From assembly GCA_043228905.1 (NCBI GenBank), contig JBHGNT010000022.1, positions 7,440,001 to 7,504,000 of the forward strand: a DNA stretch of 64,000 bases, in the 5' to 3' direction. Below are positions 1 to 12,400 of the stretch, piece after piece. This DNA is from Azolla caroliniana. Taxonomy: Eukaryota; Plantae; Polypodiophyta. Position numbers and translations under genes: made by a program. The notes beneath the pieces were generated by a model that searched no databases, was not told the DNA's origin, and worked only from the letters and a program-made list of their open reading frames with translations. Position 1 is the stretch's first letter. Each line of letters starts with the position of its first letter.

Positions 1-2044
1 CGATACCCGATGCGACCAGTCCAATCATACCTCGACGATCCGAGAGACTGTCGCAACCTCCGGAGAGGTATTCTCCTGGAATTTTCTTCACCGACGCCGG
101 CGAACCGACGTCTTACGAAGAAGCATCGACATCTGTCGATTCAGCCACCTGGCATCTGGCGATGGAGTCGGAAATGCACTCCATTCGGGCAAACAAGACT
201 TGGGATCTGGTTGAATTACCTAGGAACCGACGTGCTCTTCCTTGCAAGTGGGTTTATCGACTAAAAGAGACGTCTGATTCGACCACCCCAAAGTACAAGG
301 CCAGATTAGTTGCGAAGGGCTTCCGACAAGAATATGGCGTCGACTTCGACGAGATTTTTTCACCAGTGGTGAAAATGACAACCCTCCGTTTTCTACTCGG
401 CGTAGTGGCAGCCGACAACTTGGAGCTGATTCAGCTAGATGTCAAAACAGCCTTCCTCCATGGTGATCTCGAGGAGGAAATTTATATGGAGCAGCCAAAA
501 GGCTTCGTGGCAACTGGCCAAGAACATCTAGTCTGCCGACTCAGGAAGAGTCTATACGGCCTCAAACAGGCACCGCGACAATGGTACAAGAAGTTCGACG
601 ACTTCATCCAATCGATCGGCTTCTCAAAAAGCGATGAGGACCATTGTCTCTTTACCAACACAGCTCAAGATGGATCACCCATCTTCCTCATCATTTACGT
701 GGACGACATGCTAATTTCTGGACGCCACGCGGGCGAACTTGCCGATCTCATTCGGCAACTGCGGTTGAAGTTTGCCATGAAGGACCTCGGTCCGGCACGA
801 CACATCCTTGGCATGAAGATTAGTCGGAATCGCGATAAACGACATCTTTTTTTGTCTCAGACCGACTATATCGGACGTGTCTTGGAACGCTTCAACATGC
901 AATCAGCCAAATCTGCTTCAACCCCGCTCCCCATGAATCTTCGGCTCTCTCAGCGAGACTGCCCGACATCCGGTCCGGAGGGGGAAGATATGAAGTCGGT
1001 ACCGTATGCACCGGCAGTCGGCTCCCTTATGTACTTGATGGTCGCGACACGACCTGATATTTCTCACGCCGTAGGAGTCGTTAGCAGATTTATGCACAAT
1101 CCTGGCCGATCGCATTGGAACGCAGTCAAGCATGTGTTCAGATATCTGGCTGGCACAAAAGATCACGGCATTCTTTTCGGTCCGAACCGAACCTCAGGCG
1201 TAGTCGGTTACACCGACTCGGATTTCGCCGGCTGTATAGACAGTCGGAAATCAACAACCGGATACTGCTTCAAATTCGGCAATGGAGCAATCTCGTGGAA
1301 GTCGAAACTTCAGGAGTGCACAGCGACCTCAACGACCGAAGCAGAATATGTAGCTGCGTCCGACGCAGCAAAAGAAGCTTTGTGGCTCGGTCGGCTGGCG
1401 CACACGTTTCGACAAGTCGACCATGACTCGGCTCCAGTTGTCTACAACGACAGTCAAGGTGCTGTTGCCTTGTCGAAAAATCCGGTTCACCACAACGCCT
1501 CCAAACATATCGACGTTCGATATCACTTCGTTCGGGACTGCGTCATTTCAGGGAAAATCGGTCTAGAGAAAATATCCACAACCGACAATGTCGCAGATGG
1601 AATGACCAAGTGTCTTTCGGCAGACCGTTTTCGGTCTCTTCGGCATCAGATGGGCGTAACGACAAACCAGTCCGGTTAGAGCCGGACACAGAGCAGGATG
1701 GTTCCCGACAACCGACATCAGTTCCTTAATGATCGGCTTCAACTGTTCCGACCCGACCAGTTCGGTCTTCTGCCTTCGGACCCTGCCGACTCGAACAAAG
1801 CTGATATGTCCGAGAACCTAAGTCTATACCTGTAATCTTAGATAACCCATGTATACGCCCATTACGGGGGAGTGTCGAATACATGTGTATAATGGACGTA
1901 TTCACACTATCCCGTTTTGGCCATTTATGTAATTAGCATAAAGGGTAGTTGCCCTAAGTCGGTCACTATATATAGTGACCTTGTAACCTTTTTGTAAGGT
2001 TGGATGTTGTATTATTGCTTTGTGGAATAAGGAGTCTTTTTGTG

Positions 2045-2085
<41 letters not shown>

Positions 2086-2123
2086 AACGACCTACAATCT
2101 GTCATACGCAGGTATTCAGAACA
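1..2123 (+). mobile_element. Ty1/copia LTR retrotransposon, 3' part (Tork-like, related to family B); 5' part lies outside the window
   Basis: RT-RNase H ORF, then PPT ACGGGGGAG (1864-1872), then LTR-like 1873-~2123 with imperfect terminal inverted repeat TGTCGAATAC...GTATTCAGAACA, TATA-like sequence and (CT)n. Confidence 0.9.
162..1679 (+). CDS. copia Pol C-terminal part: reverse transcriptase + RNase H (frame probably continues upstream)
   Basis: [60 protein letters not shown] motifs; uninterrupted 505 aa. Confidence 0.92.
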   Translation: MESEMHSIRANKTWDLVELPRNRRALPCKWVYRLKETSDSTTPKYKARLVAKGFRQEYGVDFDEIFSPVVKMTTLRFLLGVVAADNLELIQLDVKTAFLHGDLEEEIYMEQPKGFVATGQEHLVCRLRKSLYGLKQAPRQWYKKFDDFIQSIGFSKSDEDHCLFTNTAQDGSPIFLIIYVDDMLISGRHAGELADLIRQLRLKFAMKDLGPARHILGMKISRNRDKRHLFLSQTDYIGRVLERFNMQSAKSASTPLPMNLRLSQRDCPTSGPEGEDMKSVPYAPAVGSLMYLMVATRPDISHAVGVVSRFMHNPGRSHWNAVKHVFRYLAGTKDHGILFGPNRTSGVVGYTDSDFAGCIDSRKSTTGYCFKFGNGAISWKSKLQECTATSTTEAEYVAASDAAKEALWLGRLAHTFRQVDHDSAPVVYNDSQGAVALSKNPVHHNASKHIDVRYHFVRDCVISGKIGLEKISTTDNVADGMTKCLSADRFRSLRHQMGVTTNQSG

Positions 2124-2497
2124 CAATCAAATGCTACTTGATCTTCCGCACAGACGACCTTGTCTTCAACAGGGTTGTCGTTACCTCGAGATGTTCTCTT
2201 CTTGCCATTCGACTTCTTGTAGACCCAATACTTGTAGCTTTCTCCCAGACTGTAGTTGTGGTGGGGGCGGTGTTGGCACTTTCTTCTCTGGCAAGGCCAA
2301 GTGTGGCAAGTGTAAAACTGGTAGGTACTATGCTACGATCGACAATAGCTTCTTGCCGACTTGTAAGGTGAGGATGCATGTTTGTAAGACGATCCCTATG
2401 AAGAAGCCCCAGTTGACTACGTTGCCTTGGTATGTTGCTATAATCAGCCTGGCTTTGTTCTTTGGCATCCCATAAGTTTCAAGATGTATGTGATAGG

Positions 2498-3345
2498 GTG
2501 TTTAAGACAAAGGGTAATCTTACACTATATGAGGGCTTGACCAAACCGGTTAGATGGAGTTGTGACTCATAATATATTATATAGATCAAGGTATCTACAA
2601 ATGAGAGAGAGAGACTCAAGAAAAAAAGAAAGAAATATGGAGAAGATGAGAAAGAGATAAGATTGTTATGATATTCCAATAGCAAGACAATACAAAGGAG
2701 ATAAACTCCACATTCAACTAAGAAACCAAAGACCTTCTTACTACCAATCAGTCAAACCCACAATTAAGACCCTTCCTCTTCCACTAAGACCCTTCTAACT
2801 AATCCTCCTCCTCCTCTATTAGGATCCCCCCCTTCCACTAAGACCTTCCCCTTCTCTATTAAGATCCCTTCTCTATTATAATTTTCTTCTTCTTCCTCAT
2901 TCACGCTATTTTTAGAAGTTTTTTATCTCCTATTTTTAGCTAAGTCCGAACGACCTTCTAATCATCATATCTCCCTAATCAGAGATCCAAATTTAGTGAT
3001 TTAAAAAGTTATAGATAGCTCTCTTTACAAGATTTTAAACCTATATTTAACCATAATATTTGGGTGAAAAACGAAGGAGTTATGACCATTCCTTTTTTTT
3101 ATTGTTTTTTATGGTCCGCTTTTTCTCTTTTTACTTTTCTCTTGGTCTCTTACTTTTACTTTTGACTTCTTCCTAAGGTCTTGGTTCGTGTTCTTAGCCT
3201 CAAAGTGTGAGTTATCCATACTTTATATTCTTCTAATGTTCAATGGCTTAGATTCTAAAAACACTTTCATAGTATGCAAGCAACTTCCAAGAGAAACTTT
3301 GCCCCTTGTCTAAAACATACATTAGGATCAGATTGCATCCTATAT
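2498..3345. repeat. probable degenerate LTR or solo LTR with short internal CTAAGACCCTTC-type repeats (~2725-2870)
   Basis: TG start, LTR-like composition, no ORF; boundaries uncertain. Confidence 0.3.
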
Positions 3346-3582
3346 ATCTTGGTGGTGGTAGAGTATTCGCCGAAATAATCTTCCAGGGTTTCGGTGGGTG
3401 AGATGTCGAATTGCCTTTCACATGTGGGCCTCAATCCCAATTTCTTTCGAATTAAGGCGTTGGTGAGGTGGTCGGCTTTGATCTACATCCCCATCTCTAG
3501 TGCCTTTGGGTGTGGTGGAGTCGGGGTAGTTGTGGTTTGTGTGGCGAAGTCGTAGGGACTAAGGTTAATAGGAGTTTGCACA

Positions 3583-3848
3583 TATTTTTATAAGGCTTGT
3601 GCAGCGATGACACAAAGATTAAGGATAGAAGGAATAAGAGTTAAAAATAATGTGCGAGAGAGAGAGAAAAGCAAGGATGAGAGATAGAGACAATGTATGA
3701 TTGAAGAGGAAAGAATATGATGAGAACAAGCTTTATATATAGAATACAAGATTTTACCAAAGATACAATGCTCGATCTTAAGATGAGACTTTTCTTCTTT
3801 TCAAACTCTGGCTTTGAACCCTTGACCTCAACTTCTAAACATAAGACA
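3583..3848 (-). repeat. ~265-bp direct repeat, copy 1 (LTR end of a gypsy family; copy 2 at 7121-7383)
   Basis: TTTTTATAAGGCTTGTG...CTTCTAAACATAAGACA aligns by eye with 7121-7383 at roughly 90% identity. Confidence 0.85.
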
Positions 3849-4144
3849 AAACTCTCTTCTCTTTTGTTTTCTTGTGTCATGGGGTGAAAGCATGGGAGTG
3901 GAAACAATTAACTATATCCTTGAGATAGCTAATTAGCTATGCAAAAAGCTACCAGTGATAACTAGTCATTTTTGCACCATGAATGAAAACATTAGAATGT
4001 TTTAATTACATAAATGAGCACCATAAATGTGCAACATAAACCTGCACCATAAATGGAAATGTGCACCATAAGTTATATACCAAATTCCTAAGTCCATTAT
4101 GCATGATCCATTGCCACATAACATTGGCCATCACATTGTGACTA

Positions 4145-4600
4145 TTCAGGCTTAGATTACTACCACTGTTCGCTCCTATTGAGTTCACTCCTCCATTGCC
4201 GCCATTCTACTCTCAGTTGCTGCCATTGTTCAGTCCTGGATTGTTGCCATTGTTCGCTCTTATTGAGTTCACTCCATTGCCGCCATTCTACACTCAGTTG
4301 CCGACACTGTTTGATCCTGGATTGCTGCCAGTATTCGATCTAACGGAGTTCACTCCTCCATTGCCGCTATTCTACACTTAGTTGTAGCTACTGTTCGGTC
4401 CTGGATTGCCTCCACTATTCGATCCAACGAAGTTCACTCCTCCATTGCTGCCATTCTACACGCAATTGTCGGCAATGTTCGGTCCTGGATTGCTGCCATT
4501 GTTCGATCCAATAGAGTTCAGTCTCCATTGTCACCATTGTACTCTCAGTTTTCGTCACTGTTCGGTCTTGGATTGCAATAACTGTTCGCTCCGACTGGTA
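4145..4600. repeat. minisatellite, ~84-bp unit x ~5.5 with ~21-bp internal periodicity
   Basis: (G/A)AGTTCACTCCTCCATTGC recurs near 4181, 4265, 4346, 4430 and 4513. Confidence 0.85.
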
Positions 4601-4737
4601 GCCATTGCATGTACATCTTTGTCTGTTGATTATCTTGTGTATTGTTGTGTATAATCTTGTGTATAGTCTTCGTCTGTCAATAATCGGTTTGCATGTGGTT
4701 TAGTAGCTAGCTACGTGTCTATTTTTTGTTTCAATTT

Positions 4738-5003
4738 ACTAATGAATATGTCAAGCCAAATTGAAGGGGACGGAGGGTGTTTACCAACAACCCTAATGGA
4801 TAATCAAGATAGGGATGACGCTATCAGTACACAACAAGCGATATGAAAGTATTGGGCATTAAAAAAAGGAACTAATGAATATGTCAAGCCAAATTGAAGG
4901 GGAAGGAGGGTGTTTACCAACAACCCTCATGGATCATTAGGATAAGGATGACACTATCAGTACACAACAAGTGATACGAAAGTATTGGGCAGAAAAAAAA
5001 GGA
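4738..5003. repeat. tandem duplication of a ~133-bp unit
   Basis: ACTAATGAATATGTCAAGCCAAATTGAAGGGG... starts at 4738 and again at 4871. Confidence 0.9.
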
Positions 5004-5655
5004 AACATCGTCAAATGTTGAAGGATAAGAAGGACACATTCACTAAAGTTAAGGATAGTATTGGTTGCAATGTAGGTCTAAATACCACTAAGAATGGAAG
5101 TAATGAAACTACTATCGTAGAGAGAAAGGTTGTAGATTATTTCAATGTTCAGACCAAGCACATCAGCAATGAAGACAAGAAGGTAGTGCTTTATGGAATA
5201 TTAAATGATCCATCGATAAAGGAGTTAGTTGATTGTTATGGTCTTAATGCAAACATAACATCTGTACTAGTAAATAATCTCCGTAATAGTTTCGCATCCA
5301 TGAGCAGGTCAGAAGATGATCTTGTCTTAAAAAGGTCTATTCTAATGATGTTACTTGATAGTGATGTTGACGATATTAACATCAGTGTGCTATCTAAGGT
5401 AATCGGTGTTAGTAGAAAAAGTGTTGATAATACAATGAACTGGATTATTTCAAGTGGTGACGGAACTAGTCTACTAAAGGTAACAACAAGATGTAACACC
5501 AATGTCACCCATAACATCAGAAATCAAGGATATAATCACCATATTTTGGACTAATGAGAGTAGGGTTTCACCCAATAAGAAGAATTTATGCAGGAAACGT
5601 GTTGCTAGGAGTCAATACGAGGAGCATCCCATTCATCTTCTTGATGTACCTCATG
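4985..5655 (+). pseudogene. frameshifted N-terminal fragment of a probable DNA-transposon protein (Sola2-like)
   Basis: Overlapping ORFs 4985-5554 and 5502-5741; helix-turn-helix-like LSKVIGVSRKSV and FWTNESRVSPNKKN motif; family assignment from memory only. Confidence 0.4.
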
Positions 5656-5737
5656 TATTTACATTTATCTCAGCTTTTGTTTTGATTTTTGAGCTTATTG
5701 TCACAAGTCTATACACTATTGAGATTACAATCACTAG

Positions 5738-6160
5738 GTAATTAGCTACATCAGGGATCAAGCATAGCTAATTAGTGACATACGGTATTGGTCATAGCTA
5801 ATTTGCTACATTTGGTAGGGGCATAACTAGTTAGCAACATCAGGTCTAGATAGCTATGTCTCCTACTTAACTACATAACCAGTTTAGCTAACTGTGTCTC
5901 CTACTAGCTATTGGTAATAGTTAGTTAGCTACAACCGTTGCTAATTAGCATCAGAATATGACCATAGATAACAAGCCACTAGTAATAGCTAACTAGCTAA
6001 TTAGCTACAACTTAACTAATTACCTACTATACTATAGATTGACAACATTTAATTAGCTACGTCTTAGTTACCACTCTTGATATTGCTTAGCTAATTAGCT
6101 ACAATGACATTGTAGCTAATTAGCTGCTACACTATAGATTGGCAGTAGCTAATTAGCCTT
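5738..6160. repeat. cluster of palindromic AGCTAATTAGCT motifs (also at ~3905-3965)
   Basis: Many exact and degenerate copies of the self-complementary 12-mer. Confidence 0.75.
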
Positions 6161-6164
6161 CTCA

Positions 6165-7620
6165 ACTCTCTTCCACTTCTCTTCTACTAGTACATCTTGT
6201 GTATTCACTTGGGCGAATGCTGATAGTGCGTCTAATGGATTATTCCATCCAATGAAGTTCCATATTTCATCACCTGCTCTTTTTAATTCATCCACTCGAA
6301 CCTTCCCTTTTCATGCATGGTCCATTACATCTTGCCAAAAGCCAGATCCATCATATGAGTCTTCTACGCTCAACCCTAAGGTCGCCACATAATGCGTTGC
6401 TTCCATGGTTTTCCTCTCAACATCTTCCATCAACTTTTTCATTTGACCTCGCTCGATTCAGTTTAGTTGGAGTGGTTGTCAAGTCTTTGTCGAGTAAATC
6501 TTACCATCCTGATAATAGATTTTATTATGATTAAGTGCATCCCTATGTTCCTGGTAGTCTTTCTTCTAATGGTCGACACGGTCACACCACATGCACCTTC
6601 GAACAATTTTCAAACAATTCCACCTTCATATCTTTCTGAAAACTCTTTTAATACTTCTAAAACACTTAAATGTTTATCAAACTCTACCCAATCCATGAAA
6701 GCTCCCCTTGTCATCCTTGACATATCATTGAGGTTATATTCATCCAGTAATGCTCTTTCGAAAGTTGCCCATGTTTGATGCTCCCTTTGTAGCTCTTGGA
6801 TTCTTTATTGTAGCCCAATTGTAGCGACTCGACTAAAGCTATTAATTTTTATAGCTTCACCGACACATTGTTTAAGCATCTCCTCATTATAAATCTTCAG
6901 AAACCTTGTCAAATTCATACCTTCGAAGACTCCTACCCATGCAAGAATATTGTTGACGACTTTTTCGATGCTTGCCATCATCCCTTGCTCGTGCACCATT
7001 TGTTCCATTGTCATACCATAAGCCTCATTTGCTCCTCCATTTCGCCTTGTTGCTGCCTTCATATTGGGTTCACCAAATATGCCGGGGTTGTGGTTCATGC
7101 GGCGAATGAGAGTTTGCTCAAATTTTTATAAGGCTTGTGTGGCGATAACACAAAGATTAAGGATAGAAGGGATAAGAGTTAAAAATAATGTGCGAGAGAG
7201 ACATGAGCAAGGATGAGAGATAGAGACAATGCATGATTGAAGGGGCAAGAATATGATGAGAACAAGCTTTATATAAATAATACAAGATTTTACCAAATAT
7301 ACAATGCTCAATCGTAACATGAGACTTTTCTTTTTTCAAACTCTAGATTTGAACCCTTGACTTGAACTTCTAAACACAAGACACTTCCCTTGATGAGCCA
7401 ACTTCTTCTTATTGATTTTTATTTTCTGACTTTCCCTTGATTCCTACTTTCCCATGCATATGATGCATGTGACGGTACAAGACATGCATGCAATGCAAAT
7501 GCATGTAATGCATGATCGCCGTTTGGCATACATGCATTACATGTGATGCATGATAGATATCTCGTTCATTTGAGCTCTCATGTATGAAAATAAACATGTG
7601 ATAAGTATGATGATGAGTCA
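6165..7620 (-). mobile_element. degenerate gypsy gag plus LTR remnant, same family as the element at 56594-63819
   Basis: IEKVVNNILAWVGVFEGMNLTRFLKIYNEEM matches VEKVVDRVVELEGQFDGRNVTKFLDAYRREM of the 60488-62692 Gag; 7450-7610 matches 63050-63185. Confidence 0.8.
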
Positions 7621-8195
7621 TGAAAAGTTGCTTACCTTAGTGGTAAGGAATTTCTATTTGGTCTATAAGGTTGTGGGTTTAAGTTTCTCAAACATCACTT
7701 ATATAATATTTGAGTTTATTTTTATATCGTGAAGCAATTTCTTCACGACAGCGATGCGTCTGCAACCTTTATGTAGCCACCTAAGCCATTGGCATAACTC
7801 GGGAGATATTTTGATCATCATGGCAAGCGTTCCGTCTGTGTGGGGAGGCTTGGGTGATGAGGGTAAGTTGATGTCTTGGCGAAAATTGCTTTGTCTTCTA
7901 TGTGCGCCTTTTGCTTGTTCTGTGGAGGAAATAATTCGCGCTTTTTGGTTTTGTACCTATGGGGGGTGTTGTGTATCTCGAGGAACTAGAATGTGCCCTA
8001 AATTCAAGATCCTTGGGGCCATTAGGCGCCACACATTGAGATGAGGTTGTACTTGCTCTTCTTGGGTGTTGCGCATGCATGAGAACGGCCTTTAATAGCT
8101 CTGAATGCTTATTTGTTTTTCATAACGGACTCAAATGGTAATATACACATAAAATACATTTAATTTACAATTCTGCGCTTTTCCCCTTATGGTGA

Positions 8196-8820
8196 CTAGG
8201 GCCCTTCCCCCCATGTTGATTCTATTGGGTTTGCCCTAATCACTTTCTCATTGCCGTTATTCGTCTCACTGAACGGGTTTGGGGGTGTCGGCCCAGCATA
8301 TGGCTTGAGCCGAAAGCCATTACCCCATTTTGGCAATACTTCATCGGCCAATGTGCCCAGCTGATAGGTTCCCTTGATTGCATCGATGATCCAATAAGGG
8401 CCAGTCCACCAGAACAGTAGCTTCCGTAGCATTTTCCCCATCTGGGTTTGGAAAGCGAGGATAGCTTTGTCGATCTTGAATGACCTCTCATTTCCTTTCC
8501 TATGGTGATCGACAAAGGCCTTTGCACGACATTGGTCTTGCTCCATCAGCCACATACTATGCAACCATCCTTCTTCCAATTCCAATAATTTTGTGAGTCG
8601 ATGGTGTTCCAACTCTATCTCACCTAGCTGCTCATGAACCTGGACTCAAAGGCTCGGAACTTGGAACTCAATTGGCATGACCGCCTCTAGCCCGAACGCA
8701 AGTCGGAACAGGGTCGACTGGATACTCATCTTAAAACTTGTCTGATATGCCCAAAGGGCACTTTATAATTTTGTATCCCAGTCTATCTGGTTTGCGTTGA
8801 TGTTTTTCTTCAAGATATTA
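8196..8820 (-). pseudogene. gypsy (non-chromovirus) integrase C-terminal part; host of the copia insertion at 8821
   Basis: W-x-GPY and NGFRLKPY motifs; joins 13967-14790 in frame (NKTLRNILKK) once the insertion and one TSD copy are removed. Confidence 0.85.
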
Positions 8821-9355
8821 TGTTAGGAATGACACTCGGATCATATAGTACATTAGATTAAATAGAAAACAATAATATGAAAATATAGGAGCGGAGAAAT
8901 AAATGACACGAGTATTTACGTGGTTCGACTAAATTAGCCTACGTCCACGGAAAGGAGAGTGATTCCACTATAAGAAAATGTAACAGAGAGTTTACAACAA
9001 TTAGAGAAATTATTCTCTAATTAAAGCCAACACCCAAGAGAATAACCTCACAATTCTCTCATAAGAATTCTCTAAAATGGTGTTTCCCAACTCTCTAATT
9101 CTCTCAAATCTCACAAGCCTACAACTCTTGGTGGTCCTCATTTTCAAATGACTAAGGCTGCATTTATATATATATAGCCTTCACTTCATTAACTTTTGCA
9201 TGATAATGATGCATGCATGGGTCTTTATATATATAGCCCTCACTTCACTAACTTTTGCATGATAATGATGCAAGCATGGGCCTTTATATATACTTCATGC
9301 AGGTCAGAGATGTGGCTTTTCATAAACCACAAAAATTAATTCAAGTCATTTAACA
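8821..9355 (-). repeat. 3' LTR of Tork-like copia, with internal ~58-bp tandem duplication
   Basis: Direct repeat of 13424-13961. Confidence 0.95.
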
Positions 9356-9411
9356 AATCTCCACTTTGACTTGAATTTTATAGTAGTCTCACTCCACCTT
9401 TGCCAGATAAC

Positions 9412-12400
9412 TCAATTATCGGCAACACCAATCAAATTCAAGCAATGCTTGAACTTGATTCTTGGAAGAGGCTTCGTCAACATATCTGTGGGATTTTCAT
9501 AAGTTGAAATCTTTTTCACTAAGATATCACCCCGTGAAATAACATCATGAACAAAGTGATACTTGATATCGATTTGCTTAGTTCTTTCATGGAACATCTG
9601 ATCTTTAGTCAAATGAATGGCACTTTGACTATCACATAAAATGTCGATCTTGTCCGAACAAGAACTGAGCTCCCCAAGTAAGCCTCTTAACCAGATCCCT
9701 TCTTTAATCACCTCTGGCACTGCAATGTACTCCGCCTCTATCGTTGATAACGCAACCATGGGCTACAACGAAGCTTTCCAGCTAACAGTACTTCCACCCA
9801 GAGTGAATACATACCTTGTCAGTGATCTTCTTTTATCCAGATCACCAACATAGTTAGAGTCAACATAGACAACTAGAGAACTACTACTCTTGCCAAACTC
9901 TAGATAAGCGTTTAAAGTCCCACGCAAATATCTTAGAATCCATTTCATTGCATTCCAGTGTGATTTTCCAGGACAAGCCATGTATCTGCTGACCACACTC
10001 ACAACATGTGAAATATCTGGACGCGTACAAACCATAGCATACATCATGCTACCAACTGCACTGGAGTAGGGAACTCTTGCCATGTATCTCTTTTCATTAC
10101 CTGACTTTGGTGATAAAGAAGCTGATAACTTAAAATGCGCTGCAAACGGAGTCGATATTGGTTTAGCATTTTTCATACCAAACCTCTCCAACACTTTCTC
10201 AATATAACTCTTTTGGGTTAAATACAGCTTTCCACCAATACGATCTCTTTCGATTTTCATGCCAAGGATCCTTTTTGCTGCACCAAGATCCTTCATCTCG
10301 AACACTCTGTTCAACTGCTTCTTTAATTCTTCAATATCCGACATATTTTTAGTTGCAATCAACATGTCATCAACATAAAGAAGCAGATAGATAAATGAAC
10401 CATCATGAGTCTTCCTGAAATAGACACAATTGTCATAACTGCTTCTTGAGTATCCACTACCAACCATAAAGGAATCAAATCGCTTGTACCACTGTCTCGA
10501 AGACTGTTTTAAACCATATAATGATTTCTTCAATAGGCAAACATGATATTCTTTTCCTTCAACAATAAACCCTTCTGGTTGTTGCATGTAAATGTCTTCT
10601 TGAAGTTCACCATGCAAAAATGTGGTTTTTACATCAAGTTGTTCTAACTCCAAATCATGCATAGCAACTGATGCAAGCAAGACACGAATAGAACTATGTT
10701 TCACAACAGGTGAGAAAATATCATTAAAATCAACACCTGGTACCTGACTGTAGCCTTTAGCTACTAACCATGCCTTGTACCTTGCTTTCTCCACTCCAGG
10801 AATTCTTATCTTTATTTTGAAGATCCATCTACAGCCAACAATCCTTTTTCTAGTTGGCAGCTTCACAAGTACCCAAGTTTTGTTTTTATAAAGAGACTCA
10901 ATTTCTTCTTGCATAGAAAACAACCACTTGGTGGAATCAACAGAAGAAACGGCTTCAGAGTAAGAAGTTGGCTTGCCAATAGAATTTGTTTCTTCTCCAA
11001 CTGATAAAGCATATGCAACAATATCAACATATCTCTGTGGTGGTCTAATTTCTCTTCTTGGTCTATCTCTTGCAATACTTCGTTCTTCCTCAAGAGGTGC
11101 TTCTTCTACGACATCATGCTCCTCTTCTACAGATTCAGGAGCAGGTGTTTCAGCCATCACTGGTGGACTTGGAACTTCAAGCTCCACCTGCTTTGATGTA
11201 CTTCCTGTCTTACATGTATCAGAAGAAAACACAGGCCCCTTTCGAGGATTTAGTAGAGCAAATTCATCAAAAGTAACATCTCTACTAATTATGAATTTAG
11301 GTGACTTAGGATCAGGACACCACAACCTATATCCTTTCACCCCAGAAGCATAACCAAGAAAAATACATTTTCTAGCTCGAGGCTCCAATTTTCCTTCACT
11401 AACATGCATATAAGCAGGACATCCAAATATTCTCAAATTTGAATAATTAGCAGGTTTACCGGACCATACCTCTTCAGGGATTTTTAAACTCAATTGCCTT
11501 TGACGGTGAACAATTCACTAGGAAACATGTTGTGGAAACTGCTTCAGCCCAAAAATGTTTGGACAACCCAGCATTGGAAAGCATACAACGAGCCCTTTCC
11601 AAAAGAGTTCTGTTCATGCGCTCAGCTACGCCATTCTGCTGCGGTGTTTTAATTACTGTGCGATGTCTGGAAATTCCTTCAGCCTCGCAAAACTTGTTAA
11701 AATCTCCTCCACAGAATTCCAAACCATTATCAGTTCAAAGTCTTCTAATCTACTTTCCCGTTTGCTTCTCGATTAGAATTTTCCACTTCTTAAAAGTTTC
11801 AAACACATAACTTTTATGTTTAAGAAAATAGGCCTAGACTTTTCTTGAAAAATCATCAATAAAAGTCAAACGATATCGAGCTCCTCCTTTTGATGGAACT
11901 GGTGTTGGTCCCCACAAATAAGAGTGAATATAATCCAAAGAACCTCTAGTCTTATGGATTCCAGTGCCAAAGTTGAGTCTCTTCTGCTTTCCAAATACAC
12001 AATGCTCACAAAAATCTATCTTTCCCGTACTTTGGCCACAAAGTAGTCCTCGTTTGCTCAATAAGGTTAAACCTTTTTCGCTCATATGCCCGAGCCTCAT
12101 GTGCCATAACTTCGTAACATCAGAATCTGACATAGATGATGAAGAAACTGCTATAGAAGCTGTCACTGTCGAGCCATGTAATATGTACAGGTTTCCTACT
12201 TTTCTAGCCTTCATCACAACCAACACACCTTTGCTAACTTTTAATACTCCACCTTCAGCTGAGAACTTGCACCCGTTGGTGTCAAGGGTGCCCAATGAGA
12301 TGAGATTCTTCTTTAGATCAGGAACATGCCTCACATCAGTCAATGTTCTGACAATCCCATCAGTCGTCCGGATCTGTACTGTTCCTATTTCAATAGTTTT

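Noticed and set aside
4145-4600. CRISPR-like array
   Set aside because: Whole units are repeated with no unique spacers, there are no cas genes, and the context is eukaryotic.
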